Part shown: positions 56,884-64,000 of the stretch, in pieces
Position numbering within the stretch: position 1 is the first letter of the stretch
How the letters are laid out: each line of letters starts with the position of its first letter
IMG/VR virus record: IMGVR_UViG_3300032562_000004
Span: 1-64,000 of that record
Strand: one strand, 5' to 3'
Length of the DNA stretch: 64,000 nucleotides
Position numbers and translations under genes: made by a program
Notes under the pieces: model-generated
What the model saw: the letters and a program-made list of their open reading frames with translations, nothing else
Database searches by the model: none
Told to the model about the DNA's origin: nothing

Positions 56884-58001
56884 TGAAACATGTTTTATTA
56901 TGTGTTCTATTGATATCGTTTAATTGTTATGCTGGAATTGGGACAGTCACCGAACAGGTGAATGCTCCCGGTTCTATTGTTCGTTCTAACAAATCAATGC
57001 CAGCTGCCAAAGGTACTGGTGTTGAAATGAACGATACCGTCAATACAACCAAAGGTAAAGTTGAAATAACTTTTGCCGATGATACTAAAGTTGAGGTTAA
57101 CGAAAACTCAAAATTGGTTATTGACGATTTCGTTTATGATGCTAAATCTTCTAAGAATAGTAAATTGGCCATGAAGTTTGCTTCAGGTACAGTTCGTTAT
57201 GCCTCTGGTGCAATCGCACATAACAATCCCAATGCAGTAGCACTCAATACACCATCAACAACTATTGCTGTTCGTGGTACCGATTTCACAGCAACCGTGG
57301 ATGAAGGAGGTGCTTCTACTGTTATTCTTTTACCTTCTTGTCCAAAAGTATGGGTTGATATTGAAAGAGATTGTAAAACAGGAGTAATTGATGTTATTAA
57401 TGATGCTGGTATGGTAACACTCAACAAACCATTTCAAGGCACTAAAGTTGAAAGTCGTAATGTGGCACCAATGAAACCTGTTGTTCTTTCTTTGACTGCT
57501 GATACAATTAACAATCTTCTTATTGTTGCTCCACCAAAAGAATTAAATAAAGATAAACTTGAAAATAAAAGTACTATAGTTATTAATTCTGCCAACATGT
57601 TAGCAGTTAATTTTTTAAAACAAGATTTTTTAAAGAATGAATTGGCAGACCAAACTCCTTATGGTGATAATCCATTAACCAAACCATTACTTGAACAATA
57701 CTTCTTGGCCAACATTTTTGATATTTTAGCGCAGCAGTTACAAGAGGAACAAATGGGTTTATTGGCCAATTTATTAACCCCACAAAATACGTTGTTACCG
57801 GATTATAAAAAAGAAACTGGTGTAGTAACTTCTATTGGCGTATCTACTGTTGGTTTATGTCGTAATGACGGAAGTAATATGCAATGTGTTACTGTACCAA
57901 AGTCAGAAAATGCCACTATATATCAACAACAAGGTTCGGTTGATATTCGTAACAGAGTAAATAGTGGCGGTAACACAATCATAACATTAAAGCAAAATTA
58001 A
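56883..58001 (+). CDS. FecR-domain secreted/periplasmic protein
   Basis: signal peptide; DTVNT...ITFADDTKVEVNENSKLVIDDF; TPSTTIAVRGTDF. Confidence 0.85.
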   Translation: MKHVLLCVLLISFNCYAGIGTVTEQVNAPGSIVRSNKSMPAAKGTGVEMNDTVNTTKGKVEITFADDTKVEVNENSKLVIDDFVYDAKSSKNSKLAMKFASGTVRYASGAIAHNNPNAVALNTPSTTIAVRGTDFTATVDEGGASTVILLPSCPKVWVDIERDCKTGVIDVINDAGMVTLNKPFQGTKVESRNVAPMKPVVLSLTADTINNLLIVAPPKELNKDKLENKSTIVINSANMLAVNFLKQDFLKNELADQTPYGDNPLTKPLLEQYFLANIFDILAQQLQEEQMGLLANLLTPQNTLLPDYKKETGVVTSIGVSTVGLCRNDGSNMQCVTVPKSENATIYQQQGSVDIRNRVNSGGNTIITLKQN

Positions 58002-58588
58002 TGAAATTTTTAATTATCCTTTTTTTAATATCAGGCCTTGGACAATGTTCATACATCAAAGCCGCAGATAATACCATTGCAATAGACCAAGTTGGTAGTA
58101 ATAATCAATACACAATTTCACAAGATTATACAGGAAATTCTGTTGATATTTCGATTGGAAAATCATCAGCAAGCGATAATAATGTTATCGGAATTACACA
58201 AGGTGGATTTGGTCAACAAACATCAAGTATTAAAATACCTGGTGGCATTAATAATACCGTTTCAATTACTCAAAACGGAGTAGGTAATATGGTTGCAACA
58301 GTAGATAATATGAATGGTTCTGCAAACAATATTACTATTAATCAGGGTGGGGCAAGTAACAATACAATGAACATTATTGGTGGTACAGGAACAACAAACA
58401 ATGCAAATACGATTAATACAACTCAATTCGGAAATGCAGGTGCAGATAAATCCTTCACACTAAATATGAATGGTACAAATGGTGCCAATGTTACAGTACA
58501 ACAAACGAATCCAACTCAATCAAATACCGGTTCAATGAGTATTCAATGTTACACCAATTGTGGTAGTTATAGTTACATAAGAAACTAA
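58001..58588 (+). CDS. second curlin-like repeat protein
   Basis: IDQVGSNN, ITQGGFG, ITQNGVGN, INQGGASNN repeats. Confidence 0.7.
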   Translation: MKFLIILFLISGLGQCSYIKAADNTIAIDQVGSNNQYTISQDYTGNSVDISIGKSSASDNNVIGITQGGFGQQTSSIKIPGGINNTVSITQNGVGNMVATVDNMNGSANNITINQGGASNNTMNIIGGTGTTNNANTINTTQFGNAGADKSFTLNMNGTNGANVTVQQTNPTQSNTGSMSIQCYTNCGSYSYIRN

Positions 58589-58589
58589 T

Positions 58590-60602
58590 ATGAAAATACT
58601 GAAGAAATTATTACTCTCTCCATGGACAGCAATATTAACACTCATATTATTGGTATGTATTCGTGTATCAGATCCTTCATTTGTTGAGTCGGTAAGACTT
58701 CGTTATTTTGATACTGTTATATCTTCAAAATCTATTACCACATCACAAATAAGTGTTGTGAATATTGATGATTTTACAATAGAAAAAAAAGGTCAATTTC
58801 CTTTTCCTAGAGGACAATATGCAAAAATTATTCAAGATTTGTATCAACGTAATGCTGGTCTTGTTGTGTTTAATGTTTTCATGCCTGATAGCGATAGGTT
58901 TTTTCAGGATAGTATATTGGCTAACACACTCAGGAAATATCCAGTAGTTTTACCACAAATTGGTTCTACCGATAAACCCAATAAAATAATTCCTTTTAGA
59001 CCAGGTGTTTCAGTAATCGGAGAAGGCAGTGCAGGCGTTATATATAATTCTATCCAACCTAATGTGAAAGAATTAAATGAGACGGCTGCTGGCATTGGCA
59101 TTGTTAATACTCTCCCCGAAATTGATGGCGTCACCAGACGAGTGCCTATGGTGGTACAATCCGGTAACGGCTTGCTTTACCCTGCAATCTCTCTTGAATC
59201 CCTTCGAGTTGCCTCTGGAGACCCAAGTTTTCAAATCAAACTCGGAGAAACAGGAATACAAGCCCTCAGAATTCCTAAATTTGGAAAAATCACAACCGAC
59301 CCAATTGGAAGGATATGGGTCGATTGGTCCAGTAAACCCACAGAATATTCCTTCTCCAACTTACCAAAGGATTTTGGAGGTTCCATCGTCATCGTTGGAC
59401 TCACAGCAAAAGGCCTCAACAATCCGGTTGCAACTTCAGTCGGTGCCGTCTATCCTCATTACCTACAAGCAGCAGTTCTAGACACCTTAATCTCAGGTAC
59501 AAACATCTCCAGACCAGACTGGTCAGACGGAGCAGAGTTATTATACACAATTGCACTTTGTATAATAGCAATTTTCTTTACAAGGTATACACATGGTTAC
59601 ATCGCAATCATCATTATGGGAATTGCATCCTATGTACTTGGCCATGAATCATTCAATCGATATAATTACTTACTTGATGTTACTTTCCCACTTCTCACCA
59701 TTACTCTTGTTTTCGCACATGGCTACGTTATCAAATTCCTGTCGGAATTAAAACAAAAACTCCAAATTAAAAAACAATTTGGAACATATTTAAGTCCCGC
59801 TTTAGTAGAAAAACTCCAAAAAAATCCAGAATTGTTGGTTCTTGGTGGAGAATCCAGAGAACTTTCTATTATGTTTACTGATGTTCGTGGTTTCACAACA
59901 ATTTCAGAACATTATGGTAAAGATGTGCAAGGTTTAACTAAGATTATGAATCGTTATATGACTGCAATGACCGCAAAGATTATTGAAAATAACGGCACTC
60001 TGGATAAGTACATTGGAGATGCTCAGATGGCATTTTGGAACGCACCTCTAGATGAACCTAATCATGCTAAGATGGCTGTGAAAACTGCAATACAAATGAT
60101 GGAGAATTTAGATGAATTCAATAATGAAATTACTAAAGAGGGCATCCCAGCTTTTGGCATGGGTCTTGGCATTAATACTGGTACCGTTGTTGTTGGCAAT
60201 ATGGGTAGTAGCCAGCGTTTCGATTATACTTGTCTTGGAGATTCTGTTAATCTTGCATCCCGGCTTGAAGGTCAAAGTAAACCGTATGGTGTCAGAATGG
60301 TCCTCGGACCTGATACAGCTCTTCAAGTAAAAGATGAATATCCTGTTATTGAGTTAGATTGTATTGCTGTTAAAGGTAAAAAAGAAGGTGTGAAAATATT
60401 TACACTAGGCAAATCTAACTGGAAACATGAAGATTACCTTGATGCTTATTACACAGGTGATTGGGATAAAGCGATAGGTCATTGTAAGACCTTGATTGAA
60501 GAAGGTGGAGAGTTAAAACAATACTACGAAAATATGTTGGAAAGACTACAAGAAGGAGTTCCATCCGATTGGGATGGAACCTATAGAGCAACTTCTAAGT
60601 AA
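58590..60602 (+). CDS. CHASE2-domain class III adenylate cyclase
   Basis: IDD..I...GQFPFPR; DGVTRRVP; GAVYPH; TMs; MFTDVRGFT; DKYIGD; GDSVNLASRLEG. Confidence 0.93.
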   Translation: MKILKKLLLSPWTAILTLILLVCIRVSDPSFVESVRLRYFDTVISSKSITTSQISVVNIDDFTIEKKGQFPFPRGQYAKIIQDLYQRNAGLVVFNVFMPDSDRFFQDSILANTLRKYPVVLPQIGSTDKPNKIIPFRPGVSVIGEGSAGVIYNSIQPNVKELNETAAGIGIVNTLPEIDGVTRRVPMVVQSGNGLLYPAISLESLRVASGDPSFQIKLGETGIQALRIPKFGKITTDPIGRIWVDWSSKPTEYSFSNLPKDFGGSIVIVGLTAKGLNNPVATSVGAVYPHYLQAAVLDTLISGTNISRPDWSDGAELLYTIALCIIAIFFTRYTHGYIAIIIMGIASYVLGHESFNRYNYLLDVTFPLLTITLVFAHGYVIKFLSELKQKLQIKKQFGTYLSPALVEKLQKNPELLVLGGESRELSIMFTDVRGFTTISEHYGKDVQGLTKIMNRYMTAMTAKIIENNGTLDKYIGDAQMAFWNAPLDEPNHAKMAVKTAIQMMENLDEFNNEITKEGIPAFGMGLGINTGTVVVGNMGSSQRFDYTCLGDSVNLASRLEGQSKPYGVRMVLGPDTALQVKDEYPVIELDCIAVKGKKEGVKIFTLGKSNWKHEDYLDAYYTGDWDKAIGHCKTLIEEGGELKQYYENMLERLQEGVPSDWDGTYRATSK

Positions 60603-60803
60603 TTAAGCGTAAGTATCAGCTTCTACGGCACCAGCAGAATGAATTATTTCACCATCAAGGTCATAAACCTTAACAGTATGTGAATTTAAACTGTTGGCAA
60701 AACCAATAGCATCTAATGAAGATGTAAAGATATTTTCTAGTGTTAATAGTTCGCCATTATACCAATGTTGGCTAACTACTTTGTGGTGGTGATGCTTGCT
60801 CAT
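60603..60803 (-). CDS. hypothetical protein
   Basis: 66-aa ORF with GGAG RBS. Confidence 0.65.
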   Translation of the reverse strand: MSKHHHHKVVSQHWYNGELLTLENIFTSSLDAIGFANSLNSHTVKVYDLDGEIIHSAGAVEADTYA

Positions 60804-60811
60804 TTTTTCTC

Positions 60812-61831
60812 CTAAAGAAAGTATTTTGTCCAGATTTTTCTGGTATTATTTGTATATTTTTTCAAATTTCGTTGATTCAAAAAAACACTTAATCTAGGGT
60901 ATTTATAAGCCCTCAAAAGTGCCTCACAAATATCTTCACTATCTGTACAATCCGCATTGATAAATGAGGTTGACCATGGAATTTCAGTACTTCCAATCAA
61001 AGGAACACCTTGAGAAGTTAGGTCAGCACCCACAATGTTAAAAGTTTCTGAGAAATTACATTGCATACCAATGTCCATTTGAGAACACAACTGTAAAAAT
61101 TCTTCTCTAGGAGTCCATTGATGATTGATTAATGTATGGCCTCTTCCATAGATTTGCTGAAATAATCCTTTGAGATTATTGATATTGGCATTACCATTCA
61201 TTTCAATACGACCAGCATTTACATGGAATCGTAATTTCTTTCCAACTCTTTCAGCAAATTCAATAGCAGCAAATGCTTGCACTAAATGATTTTTTAATGG
61301 ACGAATTGCACCAAAACAAGATACATCAACCCATTCTTTATCTTTGTTGAATTGTTTTGTTTTGTATTCTTGTGGATAAAAATTAGGTAAATAAATTACT
61401 TTATCTGTACCCAAATAGAGTTGAATTTCTCTCAACATTCTAGGTGCATTACAAGCAATCTTAACATTCTTAAATGTTCTATAATCGCCTAGCCAATCCA
61501 TGGCCATTCCTTCTCCTGCCATAAAAGGCATTTCAGAATGTAAACGAACAATCCATTGAACACTTGGATGTAACTTTTGAAGAATGGAGAATTTAGTAGG
61601 AACAACCCATAGTGCCTCAATGATTACATGAGTGGGTTTGTGTTTAGATACAAGTCTATCGATACAATTGTTATCAACAGCAACTTCAAGAACAGAATTA
61701 AATCCTGCTTCAACCAACATATCATTCATAAATTTGGCAGAGTTATATAAACCTGTACTCAAACCAATGTGTGAATGTACTTTAGCGTTGTAATCTTCTC
61801 TGCGTTTTAGTATGAATAATATTTTGGACAT
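60812..61831 (-). CDS. GT-B (GT4-like) glycosyltransferase
   Basis: FGAIRPLKN; SETFNIVGAD; GVPLI; late-like CATAAATA upstream (~61866-61873). Confidence 0.65.
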   Translation of the reverse strand: MSKILFILKRREDYNAKVHSHIGLSTGLYNSAKFMNDMLVEAGFNSVLEVAVDNNCIDRLVSKHKPTHVIIEALWVVPTKFSILQKLHPSVQWIVRLHSEMPFMAGEGMAMDWLGDYRTFKNVKIACNAPRMLREIQLYLGTDKVIYLPNFYPQEYKTKQFNKDKEWVDVSCFGAIRPLKNHLVQAFAAIEFAERVGKKLRFHVNAGRIEMNGNANINNLKGLFQQIYGRGHTLINHQWTPREEFLQLCSQMDIGMQCNFSETFNIVGADLTSQGVPLIGSTEIPWSTSFINADCTDSEDICEALLRAYKYPRLSVFLNQRNLKKYTNNTRKIWTKYFL

Positions 61832-61895
61832 AACGAACCATTATAAGTTTTTTGGATTAAAATTTTATTTATGCCATCATATTATTTCGGTTTTG

Positions 61896-62018
61896 TTACC
61901 GACCACGACCTGCTTTACGCATTACAGTATTTTTGGGAACAAATTTTTGAGTTTGTTTTGGTGCTGGCTTTTGTGTTTGTGGCTTAATTGGTGTTGCAGG
62001 CTTTTTAGTTTCACTCAT
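61896..62018 (-). CDS. small basic protein (40 aa)
   Basis: GGAG RBS; MSETKKPATPIKPQTQKPAPK...RKAGRGR. Confidence 0.55.
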   Translation of the reverse strand: MSETKKPATPIKPQTQKPAPKQTQKFVPKNTVMRKAGRGR

Positions 62019-62031
62019 AATATCTCCTTGT

Positions 62032-62105
62032 TGGTTGCGGATCCTGGAGTTGCACCAAGAACTAAAGATTATGAGTCTTTTGTGATTCTATTTCACCAAT
62101 CCGCT
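62032..62105 (-). tRNA. tRNA with CAT anticodon, initiator-like acceptor stem
   Basis: cloverleaf; AAAGA-CTCATAA-TCTTT; 1:72 mismatch; ends CCGCAACCA. Confidence 0.8.
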
Positions 62106-62161
62106 GTTATATTTTACTAAATGGATTATGAAGTTAATCATAATACTATAAAGGACTTTAA

Positions 62162-62524
62162 ATGTTAAATTGTGTCATATGTTCAAATAAACTTAAAGGT
62201 AAACAAACAAAATTTTGTAGTTTGCCTTGTAAAAATACTTCTACAAACTTGAAAAATCAATCCTATACAAACCAAAGAGAAAGAGGATTAGATGTTAAAA
62301 CCAAATTAATTAAATTAAAAGGATCTTGTTGTTCAGTATGTGGTTACAATAAAAATTATGCTGGTCTTTGTTTCCATCACCTAAAAGATAAAAATTTTCA
62401 AATAGATATGAGAAGATGTTCCAATACAAAATGGGAAATTTTGGTCGAAGAAGTTGAAAAGTGTATGCTACTTTGTCACAACTGCCACATGGAAATTCAC
62501 TATCCTGTATATTCCATTATATAG
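62162..62524 (+). mobile_element. HNH homing endonuclease, antisense within the tRNA cluster
   Basis: CSVCGY...LCFHHL...CMLLCHNCHMEIH; N-terminal CxxC zinc finger. Confidence 0.85.
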
Positions 62525-62527
62525 ACA

Positions 62528-62722
62528 TTATTGAGAATACTGTTTCGTGTTTAAGATAATTCAACCGACCCTTTACAGGATTATTTCGGTATTATAGGTC
62601 TCTCCTGTGTTCGTCTTGCTGCGTCAGCATACAGCGTTCTCAGATACCTGAGGATTACTACCAGGATGATGTCCTTCCCTAACAGTTGGGATTGCTTACT
62701 CTTTTGCCCACATTCTCAATAA
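62528..62722 (-). ncRNA. ~195-nt structured ncRNA of unassigned family
   Basis: 11-bp closing stem TTATTGAGAAT/ATTCTCAATAA, five internal hairpins and a possible pseudoknot; starts immediately after the tRNA-Gly CCA. Confidence 0.7.
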
Positions 62723-62796
62723 TGGAGCGGGATATTGGAATTGAACCAATGACGAAAGGTTGGAAACCTTTAGTTTTACCACTAAACTAATCCCGC
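62723..62796 (-). tRNA. tRNA-Gly (TCC)
   Basis: canonical cloverleaf; AAAGG-TTTCCAA-CCTTT; encoded CCA. Confidence 0.92.
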
Positions 62797-62802
62797 AAAA
62801 AC

Positions 62803-62869
62803 TGGAGCGGTGGTCTGCTTTGCTCAGATAATCTAAGAGGGTATCTCAAATCGTGCTATCACACACCGC
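62803..62869 (-). ncRNA. tRNA-like RNA with Gly-type acceptor and non-canonical loops
   Basis: GCGGTG/CACCGC-T-CCA; T-loop AGCAAAG; short D arm; 67 nt. Confidence 0.6.
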
Positions 62870-62926
62870 ATATTCAATACTATAACATTACTTATACACA
62901 AAGTCAATAACTTTATGTGGTAAATT

Positions 62927-63011
62927 TGGTGCATCAGGAAAGATTCGAACTTTCGTAGCCAGAGGCGATTGATTTACAGTCAATTGGTTTTAACCACTCA
63001 CCCACCGATGC
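62927..63011 (-). tRNA. tRNA-Tyr (GTA)
   Basis: ATTGA-CTGTAAA-TCAAT; long variable arm; CCA. Confidence 0.92.
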
Positions 63012-63016
63012 ATTTT

Positions 63017-63092
63017 TGGCTCCCCGAGCTGGGCTCGAACCAGCGACCTACGGATTAACAGTCCGGCGCTCTACCAACTGAGCTATCAGGGA
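63017..63092 (-). tRNA. tRNA-Asn (GTT)
   Basis: canonical 76-nt cloverleaf; CCA. Confidence 0.95.
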
Positions 63093-63150
63093 ATAAAACA
63101 TTTATTATACTACACAAAAGAATTCCTGTCTAGTAACTTTTTGGTATACT

Positions 63151-63225
63151 TGGCATCCCGGTACGGATTCGAACCGCATCTTTTGGTTTTGGAGACCAAT
63201 GTGCTACCGTTAACACTACCGAGAA
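63151..63225 (-). tRNA. tRNA-Trp (CCA)
   Basis: TTGGT-CTCCAAA-ACCAA; G73; apparent U1:U72 mismatch; CCA end. Confidence 0.88.
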
Positions 63226-63228
63226 CTC

Positions 63229-63260
63229 GAAAAAAAACCCTAGAGATTAGTCTAGGGTTT
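63229..63260 (-). terminator. rho-independent terminator after hss
   Basis: AAACCCTAGA/TCTAGGGTTT stem with a T-tract. Confidence 0.7.
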
Positions 63261-63286
63261 TATTATAACAGACTTAATTTATTTTA

Positions 63287-64000
63287 TCAAGTCCAAACCC
63301 TAAAGTTTTCAAATTTACATGGATTATTTTTACTTAATTCACGGTAAAATAATGAATTGGTATCTTGTGATGGTGTCCAATTAGACATTACCGACACCAA
63401 AGGTTCCCAATACATATCACCAATTGCCAAAATTTCTTCAAATGGTAACATTTCAGGTTCAATATATCCTTCTCTTGGGTGATTAATCATCCAAACAATA
63501 GCACCTAACATGGAGCCTGCAACTTGTATTGATGTAGCATTTTCACCTTCAACAAGTTTACGAGCACCATGAATATCTAATTGTGATCCGTGCCAAAAGC
63601 AGAATCCATCACCAATCAATAGCACACCTAACTCATCCATACCCGAAACAATTTCATCTTTTAAAATACGATGGTCTCTTTGTAAGTCTAATTCGTTACC
63701 ACGCATCTCATGTAAAGAAGCAAGAGCTGCATCACATGGTTGATAAACATAATAAACGGATGGTCTAAATGATTTGTCTTTTGTTTCAAAATATTGGCTT
63801 AGTGTAACAGACTCAGAGTGCTGAATACAATAACCATTATATTGTCCACCATCAGGTACCCATGAACGCATTAGTGTTGTACAACCAGGTTGCATTAAGT
63901 ATGCTACATTACCCTGTGAACGACCACCTTCTGGATGTTTATCTTCGTGTGTACCCCAACCCATCTCTGTAGGTGCACGACCTTCTGCCCAAAAACCTTC
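63287..64000 (-). CDS. hss: homospermidine synthase, 3' part (5' end outside window)
   Basis: YCIQHSESVTL; RPSVYYVYQPCD; DELGVLL; NATSIQVAG; GYIEPE. Confidence 0.85.
   Translation of the reverse strand, partial: EGFWAEGRAPTEMGWGTHEDKHPEGGRSQGNVAYLMQPGCTTLMRSWVPDGGQYNGYCIQHSESVTLSQYFETKDKSFRPSVYYVYQPCDAALASLHEMRGNELDLQRDHRILKDEIVSGMDELGVLLIGDGFCFWHGSQLDIHGARKLVEGENATSIQVAGSMLGAIVWMINHPREGYIEPEMLPFEEILAIGDMYWEPLVSVMSNWTPSQDTNSLFYRELSKNNPCKFENFRVWT

Noticed and set aside
56065-59481. Minus-strand and alternative-frame ORFs within the curli/cyclase cassette
   Set aside because: Shadows of repetitive N/T/G-rich or long plus-strand genes.
1-64000. Stop-codon reassignment
   Set aside because: Core genes translate full length under the standard bacterial code and use TAA, TGA and TAG as stops; no suppressor tRNA was seen.

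Overview
64 kb segment of a large, AT-rich, T4-like lytic myovirus. The host is probably a proteobacterium; IscU/ErpA and homospermidine synthase suggest a betaproteobacterium, but this is inference. Almost all genes lie on the minus strand. Layout: (1) 1-11.7 kb, dense small early ORFs behind sigma70-type promoters that share an upstream TGTTG-N8-CAAC(A/G) palindrome; (2) 12-26 kb, GroES, GalE-like epimerase, VWA/metallopeptidase, RNase H, DenA-like nuclease, nrdA-iscU-erpA-nrdB and primase; (3) 26-29.3 kb, lysis genes (holin, GH19 endolysin, spanins); (4) 29.3-37.8 kb, virion/internal head proteins, several with T4-type capsid-targeting N-termini and extreme His content; (5) 37.9-45.5 kb, a late glycan-synthesis cluster; (6) 45.5-54.1 kb, replication core (gp41, uvsX, gp43) carrying one full antisense GIY-YIG cassette and one miniature remnant of such a cassette; (7) 54.2-60.6 kb, a plus-strand csgF-csgG-curlin-FecR-curlin-CHASE2 adenylate cyclase cassette; (8) 62-63.2 kb, a tRNA cluster with an antisense HNH gene, a ~195-nt structured ncRNA and a tRNA-like RNA; (9) the 3' part of homospermidine synthase. 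No CRISPR array, rRNA, IS element or intron was seen. All family assignments come from motif recognition by eye, not database searches. Some start codons were moved from the ORF track to the most plausible ATG/TTG with an RBS.
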